DNA of 61,697 nucleotides from a virus (Duplodnaviria; Caudoviricetes). Positions 52,972 to 61,697 of this stretch are shown in pieces; position 1 is the stretch's first letter, and each line of letters opens with the position of its first letter. The translations under genes and the position numbers were made by a program. The stretch spans positions 1 through 61,697 of the IMG/VR virus record IMGVR_UViG_3300047550_003451. The stretch is one strand, 5' to 3'. A model generated the notes under the pieces. The model did no database searches and was not told the origin of the DNA. It saw only the letters and a list, made by a program, of their open reading frames with translations.

Positions 52972-52988
52972 CCCTGGCTTTCCGCGGC
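52972..52988 (-). repeat. Half left-end remnant
   Basis: GCCGCGGAAAGCCAGGG on the minus strand. Confidence 0.6.
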
Positions 52989-53000
52989 AGACAGCAATTT

Positions 53001-54161
53001 CTAAAAATTGCCAGGGACAAAATTGGTTATTTTGTCCACAGATTGTCTTATTTGTCTGGCCCCTGCAACAGTACCTAGAGGATGGCTATGAATACCACCA
53101 CCACTATTAGCTAGCCAATCTACACCAAATTTTTCAACTATGGGTGGGATTAAATCTGCTGTCAAGCCACAGCTTAAAGCTGGAGTTACATTTCCATCAG
53201 TGAGTATCTTCATTGTCATACGCAGTTCTGTTTCTGGATCTGACAGGTAACCACCCCACATGCCAGCATGTATAGTATCAACTCCACACCACGCTGCCAG
53301 TTGACAACAAAGCTGCCAAGATATGGAAAAATAGTTTTGTTGATGAGTAAACACTTTGTCACCGCTCTTTTGATAATGAATATAAAGAGGTAAATCAAGA
53401 TCACGTATGCTCTTATAAGAACCCAATCCACTCCAAACGTTGATATGCACACCACGACCTCCGTTTTGTGCAACAAATTTGGCCCTCGGCACTATATATG
53501 CAGGATCAGCATTTATACAAAAGCAGTAAACTACCTTGGTGTTATGAATGTATTTGCTGATAAGCTCCACCCTATCCTCCAATCTACAAATTGCTGGATT
53601 ACTCATGATTTCATCTTCTTTGATGAAATCAACACCACCATCCACCAGCTGTTTGGTTATGTCCAACAACTGTTGTGGAGTAATACCAGTCTTGGGCTTG
53701 ACAATGCCACCAAAAAGTGGTTTATTGTATTGCCCTGTAAGTTGACGAAACCCGCTAAGACCGTATTTGGGTTTTTGGAAATTTGCAGCAACATATGCTG
53801 GGCTGAACTCTAGACTGAGAGCACGACAGCGGCGTATGCGATCAATATCAGTGTTTCCTCCCATGATCATACAAACCAACTGGGCCACACCATCAGTGGC
53901 CCAGTCAATGTTAGCTAGGGGGAAACCAATTTCAACTAATCCTGTTGGTTTGTCAAGATCTGGCCCCTGCAAGATTTTGCAGCAATAATCTTCTATCATT
54001 TGTGGAGTTTCCCACACACTTCTCATGGATGGATTTCCCACAGACTGGCCTACTGCTAAATCGTATGCAGCTTCTCGCACAGTTGTTGAACTGGTAATTT
54101 GATATAATACATAATAGTAGTTGTCTAGATCTTTGTAATCTTGGTAAATATCCATGGTCAT
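53001..54161 (-). CDS. RuBisCO-like protein (form IV-like RLP)
   Basis: GQSVG, KPKTG, GGVDFIKEDE, HAG, PALSCG, GGGIHSHP.G; lacks HxHRA and the loop-6 Lys. Confidence 0.9.
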   Translation of the reverse strand: MTMDIYQDYKDLDNYYYVLYQITSSTTVREAAYDLAVGQSVGNPSMRSVWETPQMIEDYCCKILQGPDLDKPTGLVEIGFPLANIDWATDGVAQLVCMIMGGNTDIDRIRRCRALSLEFSPAYVAANFQKPKYGLSGFRQLTGQYNKPLFGGIVKPKTGITPQQLLDITKQLVDGGVDFIKEDEIMSNPAICRLEDRVELISKYIHNTKVVYCFCINADPAYIVPRAKFVAQNGGRGVHINVWSGLGSYKSIRDLDLPLYIHYQKSGDKVFTHQQNYFSISWQLCCQLAAWCGVDTIHAGMWGGYLSDPETELRMTMKILTDGNVTPALSCGLTADLIPPIVEKFGVDWLANSGGGIHSHPLGTVAGARQIRQSVDKITNFVPGNF

Positions 54162-54204
54162 TTGATGTTCCTCGGAATAGGATAAATGGATCAGTTTAAC
54201 TTAG

Positions 54205-54531
54205 TTAATTGGTGACTTCATATTTGTCGTTGGGTACACTGGGTAGTTTAACTACAATCAATTGTACGTCTGTGAGGAAAATTGGCGTGCTAATTTCGCC
54301 CTGGGCAATAACAAAAACAACTGGTGCTTGCAGTCTCTGCCCTCCTATTTCCATGACCCCACTAATCAAATAATTTATTTCGTCAGCTATTTTATGATAA
54401 TGTGCTGGCCATTTTTCACCAGCATAGTGAGTTTTGTAACTCACTTCACATACTTGTGTTTTGTAGGCTGTGGGTTCAAAATTTCCCACAAACCATCCTC
54501 CAATAAATTTACGTGTGTCAAAAATTTTCAT
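54205..54531 (-). CDS. Cupin-fold protein
   Basis: GGWFVGNFEP, HYHKIADEIN.LISG. Confidence 0.7.
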   Translation of the reverse strand: MKIFDTRKFIGGWFVGNFEPTAYKTQVCEVSYKTHYAGEKWPAHYHKIADEINYLISGVMEIGGQRLQAPVVFVIAQGEISTPIFLTDVQLIVVKLPSVPNDKYEVTN

Positions 54532-54562
54532 GACTGATGAGTTCTAACTATTTGAGTTTCTG

Positions 54563-55300
54563 TTAACGTGGTTGGGAATCATGACTGTGTTGATCCAAAT
54601 ATATACACAAATCTTCAGGAGTACCAATCGGCCAATGACACCCATCATTTAGTTTATAGATACCAATTTTATGACCCTGGGCAATATTCCAATTGAATGT
54701 AGGACAAACATAATATTCATTGTTTTCTCTCATATCCAAATCAATCATTTGTTGGGCTGCTGAAAAAAAATCTTGTGCTTGTTTCCAAACATAAATTCCA
54801 TTGCTAGCATGTTCACTAATCACTTGTTTTTCTACAGTTTTGACTACCAGTCCTTGGGAATTTACCTTGGCATAGCTGTTTTTGGGATGCTGACTAAAGT
54901 AGGTGACAATCACACCATCCAACGGACTGTTGAGAAACCAGTTATGAAAATGTAGTGGGTTCCAAATCATTATCTGATCGCAGTTGGCAATCATCAGGGG
55001 CTGATGTTGTTCCACACTAGACTTGGCAATCAAACAGCTTTCAGCCGCACCATTGGTCAATTGATCCAATAGCACAACCTCAAGAGATTCCACCATCGTT
55101 TTAATCTGGTCAAAAACATGATGGTATTGAACATAGTGCTCACGCTGAACTACCAAAGTAAATTTATTTTGAACACCCAAGTTAGCTACAACATGTTCAA
55201 TCATGGTTCTCTGGTGAAATTCAATAAATGGTTTGGGACGACTGTAACCTGCTTGAACAAATCTACGGCCAGCTCCTCCCATTGGTATAACTATTTGCAT
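54563..55300 (-). CDS. Sugar-phosphate nucleotidyltransferase-like protein
   Basis: VIPMGGAGRRF..AGY..PKP, T.GAA, IANCDQ, EK.VIS, NNEYYVCP, IGTPEDL. Confidence 0.82.
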   Translation of the reverse strand: MQIVIPMGGAGRRFVQAGYSRPKPFIEFHQRTMIEHVVANLGVQNKFTLVVQREHYVQYHHVFDQIKTMVESLEVVLLDQLTNGAAESCLIAKSSVEQHQPLMIANCDQIMIWNPLHFHNWFLNSPLDGVIVTYFSQHPKNSYAKVNSQGLVVKTVEKQVISEHASNGIYVWKQAQDFFSAAQQMIDLDMRENNEYYVCPTFNWNIAQGHKIGIYKLNDGCHWPIGTPEDLCIYLDQHSHDSQPR

Positions 55301-55379
55301 TTGTCCCCCGTCAACTTAATTTTAATTTTGCTGTAATTGTGTTAGAATTGCAATTAAGGGGAAATTATTCAGGACATAT

Positions 55380-55634
55380 GTGAACTCCCACGCCCTAAAG
55401 GGCTGTGGCTTTCTGCTTGATCGTAGTAGCTGACAGTTGTTTGCACATGTCAAACTGCCAAACAAATTTTTTGTTTATCTCTTGGAGCGGAAGGTCACTG
55501 GCTTTCAAGCCAGTGGATGGATAGCGAGTGGTATAACTAGGGATATCGTAGTTTCATCAATCTATTTATATAATCTATTCAAACAGCCGCTATCCATCCA
55601 GGGCCTAAAGGCGCCTGGCTTTCCGCGGCGGGAG
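55380..55634 (-). mobile_element. Deleted IS605-type element (left end, tnpB 5' scrap, right end) with nested inverted left-end variant
   Basis: Left end 55634-55586; TATAAATA; 55437-55473 matches the tnpB remnant at ~43240; right end ...GTGGGAGTTCAC at 55380. Confidence 0.8.
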
Positions 55635-55638
55635 GTAG

Positions 55639-56460
55639 GTGACAATGACATATGTAATTGACAAATTTGATTTAGATTGTTTGAAGCTTGATCAATCAGT
55701 GATCATTTGGTGTAGACAGGGGTTGGGTGATCATATCATAGCAGCAGGTGCAATCAATCAAATCAGTCAAAGAGTGGATAAAGCATATGTTTTGTGTAGA
55801 ACTTCTCATTATACTAGTATTTGTCATATGTTCAAACACTGTCCCAACATTATAGTGTTGGATCATCAAAAATTCACAAACACTGCTGGATCAGATCCCA
55901 ACCGACAGCAATTGGAACACATACAACAGGCTCTGGGAGCCAGTTATATTTTGCCTATCATGCAAGAGTGGTATTTTGTCAGCAGTGCTTGGATGCAAGG
56001 AGCATACGAACAGTATGGATTGGATTATCAATCACGCTGGCAGTGCTGGCCTTATATAGAAGCCACTCCTCGTGGCAGTGAAATTTTACAATACTTGCAG
56101 AATTTGCATCAAAATTATATTTTGTTACATGATTACAGTAGTGAATGTGAAAAATATGATATTGATTTATCTGTAAGCCAACAAGGAAACTGTATGCCCT
56201 GGGTACGCATAATGCCCGATTGTGTACCACATTTACACAGTGACAATATTTTTGATTGGGTGCCCACTTTATTGCATGCTCAAGAAATACATGTTGTAAC
56301 CAGCAGTCCCATGCACTTGTTGGAACAACTCCAGCATCAAATCAATGGTCCAGTGTATTTCCATCACAAACGAGACCATACACGTATAGATCTAGCTCGG
56401 GATTTGAGTACACATCATAAATGGATATTGATAGATTATGAACAAAAACAATTTAGATGA
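55639..56460 (+). CDS. Putative glycosyltransferase-like protein
   Basis: QGLGDHI N-terminal motif, IFDW...L..A.EIH...SS (GT-B/GT9-like). Confidence 0.55.
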   Translation: MTMTYVIDKFDLDCLKLDQSVIIWCRQGLGDHIIAAGAINQISQRVDKAYVLCRTSHYTSICHMFKHCPNIIVLDHQKFTNTAGSDPNRQQLEHIQQALGASYILPIMQEWYFVSSAWMQGAYEQYGLDYQSRWQCWPYIEATPRGSEILQYLQNLHQNYILLHDYSSECEKYDIDLSVSQQGNCMPWVRIMPDCVPHLHSDNIFDWVPTLLHAQEIHVVTSSPMHLLEQLQHQINGPVYFHHKRDHTRIDLARDLSTHHKWILIDYEQKQFR

Positions 56461-56461
56461 A

Positions 56462-57103
56462 TTAGGGTTGTCTTGGGTAGTGAGCAAGTGCATTCAATCC
56501 GTGGAATCCAAAGCTTTTTGTGAACCATGAATTGTTCCAACACTGCTCAATACTAAATTGGTGTGCTAGGTTTTCTGGTGCAAAAACTATTCCTTGGGTT
56601 TGCAAGACATGTCGTTGATGGATGCAGATGGTGTTATCTTCAGGATAATTATAGTCTATTTGTAGATTTTTTAAACAATTTAACAATCTTTTGCTACGCA
56701 AGCTAAATCCACCATTGCCCACAGAGGAGTGGACTGGCGCTAGTGAGGATGGCCAAACAGCTCCTATATAATCATAACACAAAAACTCTTGTGTCCAAGC
56801 CTGCGAATTCACAGCGTAGCCGTCCCATTGCACTACTAAAACATGATCCTCTTGAATCAACCATGGTAATGTGTGTAAGCAATGATAATTGTACTCATAG
56901 GGGAAATTCTCTATTTTGGATATTGGGTGATGAATAATGGGCAAGCGGCCAGCCATACTGAACATTTGATCACTCAACCAATACACGCACTGCACTGGTT
57001 GTTGTGTATGGTTCAAACATTCCCAAGTTTGGAGAACTGCTTGTTCAGCCCTCTCATGGTGGATTGTATCTATACAAACAATGCTTAAAGTTGACATTGA
57101 CAA
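56462..57103 (-). CDS. DUF5672-like GT-A fold protein
   Basis: VQWDGY, YDYIGA.W, VGNGGFSLRSK, PED, FS.E, FGFHG. Confidence 0.72.
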   Translation of the reverse strand: MSMSTLSIVCIDTIHHERAEQAVLQTWECLNHTQQPVQCVYWLSDQMFSMAGRLPIIHHPISKIENFPYEYNYHCLHTLPWLIQEDHVLVVQWDGYAVNSQAWTQEFLCYDYIGAVWPSSLAPVHSSVGNGGFSLRSKRLLNCLKNLQIDYNYPEDNTICIHQRHVLQTQGIVFAPENLAHQFSIEQCWNNSWFTKSFGFHGLNALAHYPRQP

Positions 57104-57221
57104 TTTTATGAGCTAACACATATGGTTGTCTATTTGGCTGATTGGTTGAATTCAAAGAAATCAAGTTAGACCACCTGATTCAGTTGTGAACTACTACATA
57201 GTGGGCTAGTTTGTAGGTTGG

Positions 57222-57890
57222 TCAATTTTTTTCAAATGCTCTTGCAATGTTTACACTACTATTTTTGATCACGATTTCTTGTTGTAATAAATTGGAGGGC
57301 TCTATCAACCAGTCTGCACCTACAAATCCCAGAATATCTCCACGTGTGGTAAACAGTGGGCATCTAATCATGCTTTTGGCCTGCCTGGTTTCATAATACC
57401 AATGTCCCCAACTGTTTTGGGTGTTATCCAAATTTTTGTACACCACACAAAGATTCTTGGCAAATTGGGAGTGACTGGTACCATTCAAACTACTGGGTAT
57501 GCGTTGATGAAACAAAATTACTCTGCTCACCCCGGCGCGAATAATTTCATGTGTGTTGGTGTGAAACATGAATGGTATGCCAACCACACTGGGCACACCA
57601 TTATGATATCTAAACACATAGGTACGATCAGCTTGAATTGAAGTCAACAACTGTTGTAGTTCTTGATTGATGTGGGAATCTATAGCAACAGTTGTGCTCA
57701 ACTCTTGTTTGAAGTGCTCTATACTTTGACTTTTTTGCCAAGCTGTGTATACAGCTGGAAAATGAAAAGTCACAATATAAGTGACACTGCATACAATCAA
57801 CACACAACACAGCCACACAAGATGCAAAAACATCTTGAGTAAACCAGCTTGTTTGAAATATCTCAATAACATTTGCAACACTGGCTGCAT
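57222..57890 (-). CDS. Single-TM protein with GAF-like C-terminal domain; candidate T4 T-like holin
   Basis: Amphipathic N-terminus, one hydrophobic helix, ADRTYVFRYHNG...CPL...LGFVGAD; CATAAATA upstream. Confidence 0.45.
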   Translation of the reverse strand: MQPVLQMLLRYFKQAGLLKMFLHLVWLCCVLIVCSVTYIVTFHFPAVYTAWQKSQSIEHFKQELSTTVAIDSHINQELQQLLTSIQADRTYVFRYHNGVPSVVGIPFMFHTNTHEIIRAGVSRVILFHQRIPSSLNGTSHSQFAKNLCVVYKNLDNTQNSWGHWYYETRQAKSMIRCPLFTTRGDILGFVGADWLIEPSNLLQQEIVIKNSSVNIARAFEKN

Positions 57891-57916
57891 GCAGAATTCT
57901 CCCTTATGCTATTTAT

Positions 57917-58112
57917 GTCCCGCCGCGGAAAGCCAGGGCGCTAGAGTCCCTGGATGGATAACGGCATTTGACTCTATTATGTGTACTACCACGCCCTAAA
58001 GGGCTGTGGCTTCCTGCTTGATCGTGCTGGCTGATATCTCACTCAGGGGGGAAATGTCAGCCACTAGGATCAAGCAGCCTGCTGTTGGTCTAATAAACCA
58101 ACAGCAGTTCAC
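57917..58112. mobile_element. Mini IS605-type element: left end plus two inverted right-end segments with different hairpins
   Basis: Left end 57917-57965; minus-strand right end from 57981; plus-strand right end ending CAGTTCAC at 58112. Confidence 0.78.
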
Positions 58113-58177
58113 CTGAGCAATCTTGTGGCACTGTCTAGGGGCTTGATTTGTGGAGCACAATTTATTAGACTTTGTCC

Positions 58178-59044
58178 ATGCAGGACCTTTATAAAATACT
58201 TGGAGTGGATGAATCAGCCACTCAGGAACAAATCAAAAAAGCTTTTCGCCAACTGGCCAAACAATATCATCCGGATAATCAACAACAGGGCAATGATCAA
58301 AAATTCAAAGAAATCAATCAAGCCTACGAAATTTTGAGTGATAGTGTCAAAAGGCAACAATATGATCAACAGAGAACATTTGGCAGCGGATTTCAACAAT
58401 GGCATCATGCTGGTGGGTCAGCTCCTTTTGAATTTCATGCTAATTTTGGTGGCAATATCAATGACATTTTTGAAAATTTGTTTGCTAGGGGAGGATTCAA
58501 TCCATTTGCCCAGTCTAGACCCATGCGCAATGCTGATCAGGTAGTTCAGTTAACCATCACTTTGGAAGATGCTTTTGTTGGCACAAGCATGCCAGTGCAA
58601 TGGACCAACAGCAACCAACAAACCACCCAATTGAACATTAACATTCCTTCTGGCATAGAACACGGCACACGGCTGCGTTATCCAGGCAATGGATCTCGTA
58701 ATAATGCCAATCTTCCTCCTGGAGATCTGATCATCATAGTGCACATACAACCTCACCCCAAATTTGAACGACAAGCAGCTAATTTGATCACCACTCTAGA
58801 ATTGACTATTTGGGAAAGTTTAGTGGGCACTGAAAAAATAATCCAAACCATTTGTAATCAACAAGTGAAAGTTACCATTCCAGCATTGTGTAATCCCAAC
58901 ACAGTGTTGAGAGTGAGCAACAAAGGTATGCCCTTGACCTCAGGATCAAACAGCCGTGGTGACCTTTTGATCAGACTCAACATACCCATGCCCAAAAGTC
59001 TCACACCACAGCAAATTAGCACGATCCAAAGCTGGATCAAATAG
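58178..59044 (+). CDS. dnaJ: DnaJ-class (CbpA-like, no Zn finger) co-chaperone
   Basis: J domain with HPD, G/F-rich linker, C-terminal GDL repeats. Confidence 0.92.
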   Translation: MQDLYKILGVDESATQEQIKKAFRQLAKQYHPDNQQQGNDQKFKEINQAYEILSDSVKRQQYDQQRTFGSGFQQWHHAGGSAPFEFHANFGGNINDIFENLFARGGFNPFAQSRPMRNADQVVQLTITLEDAFVGTSMPVQWTNSNQQTTQLNINIPSGIEHGTRLRYPGNGSRNNANLPPGDLIIIVHIQPHPKFERQAANLITTLELTIWESLVGTEKIIQTICNQQVKVTIPALCNPNTVLRVSNKGMPLTSGSNSRGDLLIRLNIPMPKSLTPQQISTIQSWIK

Positions 59045-59070
59045 ACCCCATCTTTATAGGAGCTAAGCAT

Positions 59071-61362
59071 ATGAGCAGCACCAATCCCACTAGTATTGAA
59101 AAAATACTCAATCGAAGTTTTGATTTGGCTGTAGAATACCAACATGAGTATGTTACCCTTGAACATGTGCTCATGAGCTGTTTGGAACAACCACAATTGG
59201 CATCAGTGCTCAAGGGCATGGGCAAGAATGTAAATAAAATCACACAAGATTTGCATGATTTTTTGCAAGATACCCACAAGCATGCACTCATGGGTGAAAT
59301 CAGATATCAGCCCAAATATACTGGCACTGTCAAAACATTGGTCAAACAAGCCAAAACTCAAAGCATGTTCATGAACAAACAAGAATTGGATGAAGTTGAT
59401 CTTGTGGTGGCCATGTTCAACACTCAAAACAGCTGGGCAGTGTATGTACTCAATGTGCATGGTATAAACAAAGCCAACTTCATGGAAACTATAACAACCA
59501 ACAGTCAGGATCAAGACCAGCAGATCACTCCTGATCAAGCCAAAATTATACTTGCCCAATTTGCAATCAATCTCAACAGACGTGCGCAGCAAAACAAAAT
59601 AGACCCCCTGATTGGCAGAGTTCAAGATGTAAAACAGATTGTTCACACGCTGGCGCGCAAAAACAAGAACAATGTGTTGTTGGTGGGACACCCTGGTACT
59701 GGCAAAACTCAGATTGTGGAAGGTCTCGCACAATTGATTGAACAAAAACAAGTGTCGCCTCTGCTTTGGCACAATGAGATTTGGAGTTTGGATGTGAGCA
59801 GCATAGTGGCTGGCACCAAATTTAGGGGTGATTTTGAAGATAGGATGAAGCAACTGCTGGTTGCGTTACGACAACTGCCTAACGTGATTTTGTTTATTGA
59901 TGAAATTCACATGATCATGGGCGCAGGCAGTGGTGGCAGCAACAACAGCATGGATGTGGCCAATATTCTCAAACCTGCACTGGGTAGAGGAGAAATTTGT
60001 GTGATTGGCAGCACCACACATGAAGAATATCGCAAGTATTTTGAGAAAGATAGAGCTCTTGCCAGACGGTTTGTCAAGCAAGACGTTCAAGAGCCCAATC
60101 CGCAAGACGCACAAAAAATACTGGAAGCTCTAGTGCCCATTTATGAAAAGTTCCACAATGTAAACTATCATCCACAATGTGCGCAAGCATGTGTGGACTT
60201 GAGTGTGAAATACATAACCAACAAATATTTGCCAGACAAAGCATTGGATTTGCTGGATGCTGCTGGTGCTGCTGTCAAGCTGAGCGAAACAGCTTGTGTG
60301 ACAGTGGAAAATGTGCAACAGCAATTGAGCAAGATCACAGGCATCAATCCAGAAACCATCACACAACAAAAATCATCAGCTACAGAAAATCTTTTGCAAA
60401 ATCTACAAAGCAGACTGTTTGGCCAAGACAAGGCAGTAATTCAAGTGGTTGAAAGTGTATGGATGGCACAAAGTGGTTTGCGTGACAGTCACAAAACCAT
60501 GTGCAGTTTTTTGTTTAGTGGGCCCAGTGGTGTGGGTAAAACCGAATTAGCCCGTTTGCTAGCAGAAAATTTAGATTATGCTTTTGTGCGATTTGACATG
60601 AGCGAGTTCCAAGAAAAACACAGCCTGAGCAGGTTGATTGGAAGCCCACCAGGTTATGTGGGCTATGCTGATGGACAAACTGGTAGTGGTGCATTGATCA
60701 ACGCTTTGGAACAAACACCTCAATGCGTGCTGTTGATTGATGAAGTAGAAAAAGCACATCCAGATGTGTGCAATGTGTTTTTGCAAGCCATGGATCATGG
60801 TGTGATCACCAGCAGCAATCAACAGTCTGTGAGTGTAAAAAACACGATTTTGATTTTTACCAGCAATTTGGGAGCTGACCTAATGGAACGCAATGCACTG
60901 GGCTTTGGCCGTAGTCAGCCAATTACAGATGCCACACAGGCTGTGAATAGGTTTTTTGCTCCTGAATTCCGCAATCGGTTGGATGGTTTGATCACATTTG
61001 GCAAGTTGGAACCTGGCACAATGCAACATATACTAGACAAGTTCATTTTAGAGCTGAATGATTTGTGTAAACCCAAAAACATTCATGTGGTTGTGGACCA
61101 TTTGGCGCAGGAATGGTTGATCAAAAATGGATTTGATTCTGCCTTGGGAGCTAGACCGTTGCAACGTTGTTTGGATCAACATATTAAAAAGCCCATGAGC
61201 AAAGAGATTTTGTTTGGTAAACTGCAAGAAGGTGGAAGGGTTTTGGCTAGTGTTTGCAAAGACACCAACCAAATCAAGTTGGATTTTTTAAGTTTGGCCC
61301 ACGCTGAATCTCACCAGCAAGTGTTGTGGGACTGTCTCTTGGATGTGGAGACTGTGAGTTGA
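59071..61362 (+). CDS. clpA: ClpA-type AAA+ unfoldase
   Basis: HEYVTLEH N-domain, two AAA modules (GHPGTGKT, GPSGVGKT), IGSPPGYVG, GARPL; no ClpB/C coiled coil. Confidence 0.92.
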   Translation: MSSTNPTSIEKILNRSFDLAVEYQHEYVTLEHVLMSCLEQPQLASVLKGMGKNVNKITQDLHDFLQDTHKHALMGEIRYQPKYTGTVKTLVKQAKTQSMFMNKQELDEVDLVVAMFNTQNSWAVYVLNVHGINKANFMETITTNSQDQDQQITPDQAKIILAQFAINLNRRAQQNKIDPLIGRVQDVKQIVHTLARKNKNNVLLVGHPGTGKTQIVEGLAQLIEQKQVSPLLWHNEIWSLDVSSIVAGTKFRGDFEDRMKQLLVALRQLPNVILFIDEIHMIMGAGSGGSNNSMDVANILKPALGRGEICVIGSTTHEEYRKYFEKDRALARRFVKQDVQEPNPQDAQKILEALVPIYEKFHNVNYHPQCAQACVDLSVKYITNKYLPDKALDLLDAAGAAVKLSETACVTVENVQQQLSKITGINPETITQQKSSATENLLQNLQSRLFGQDKAVIQVVESVWMAQSGLRDSHKTMCSFLFSGPSGVGKTELARLLAENLDYAFVRFDMSEFQEKHSLSRLIGSPPGYVGYADGQTGSGALINALEQTPQCVLLIDEVEKAHPDVCNVFLQAMDHGVITSSNQQSVSVKNTILIFTSNLGADLMERNALGFGRSQPITDATQAVNRFFAPEFRNRLDGLITFGKLEPGTMQHILDKFILELNDLCKPKNIHVVVDHLAQEWLIKNGFDSALGARPLQRCLDQHIKKPMSKEILFGKLQEGGRVLASVCKDTNQIKLDFLSLAHAESHQQVLWDCLLDVETVS

Positions 61363-61655
61363 TTTTGCTTAATTTGGTTTCCCAGAATCTTGTGGGCAAA
61401 GGTACCTGGGTGGGAGTTCAAACAAATGAACACAAAATATTGCGTAGGCTAGTAGTCGAGCGGATCACTGCCCAGGGCCAAATAACAGCCCTGGATGTGA
61501 ATACCAATCAAAAATTTACATTTGCACATACATGTGTGGTAGAAATAGAAGGTATGTCACTGCCTAGGTTTTTACAACAGGCTGATTTGGACTCTAATGG
61601 CATCAAAATCACCAACATCATACGTAGAGGTAGAAAACCCAAATTGCGATCCTAA
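61359..61655 (+). CDS. Hypothetical protein
   Basis: Overlaps the clpA stop; basic C-terminus RRGRKPK. Confidence 0.55.
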   Translation: MILLNLVSQNLVGKGTWVGVQTNEHKILRRLVVERITAQGQITALDVNTNQKFTFAHTCVVEIEGMSLPRFLQQADLDSNGIKITNIIRRGRKPKLRS

Positions 61656-61669
61656 GTTGACTGTGCTAG

Positions 61670-61697
61670 GTGAACTGCCACGCCCTCTAGGACTGTG
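61670..61697 (-). repeat. IS605-type right end (element continues beyond window)
   Basis: CACAGTCCTAGAGGGCGTGGCAGTTCAC on the minus strand. Confidence 0.8.

Noticed and set aside
53001-54161. Bona fide CO2-fixing RuBisCO
   Set aside because: It lacks the loop-6 Lys and HxHRA motif, has KEDE rather than KDDE, and no small subunit or PRK is nearby.

Overview
AT-rich (~35-40% GC by eye), densely coding DNA that looks like part of a jumbo phage genome. It carries virion genes (CBM-repeat tail fibre, beta-helix spike, several Gly-X-Thr collagen-like fibres, a 2250-aa structural protein), replication genes (clamp loader, split DnaE fragment), and many host-like stress, proteostasis and translation genes (dps, sod, iscA, speD, phoH, groES, dnaJ, clpA, clpP, yeaG-yeaH-ycgB, infA, TrmH-family methylase, tilS plus a tRNA-Ile2(CAT)). 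A sugar-modification cluster is built around a RuBisCO-like protein. The most striking non-genic feature is a dense IS200/IS605 (TnpB) footprint with no intact tnpA or tnpB in the window. There are about 20 loci of left-end (TTAC|CTCCCGCCGCGGAAAG...) and right-end (...GTAGTTCAC) hairpins. Three of them are copies of a ~305-bp protein-free element (left end + promoter + structured omegaRNA-like scaffold + right end), each reading into the RBS or first codons of a phage gene. A 500-bp non-coding block at 40.3-40.8 kb seems to hold two promoter-driven structured RNAs, one ending in an IS608-like right end. All calls come from motif recognition by eye; no database searches were run.
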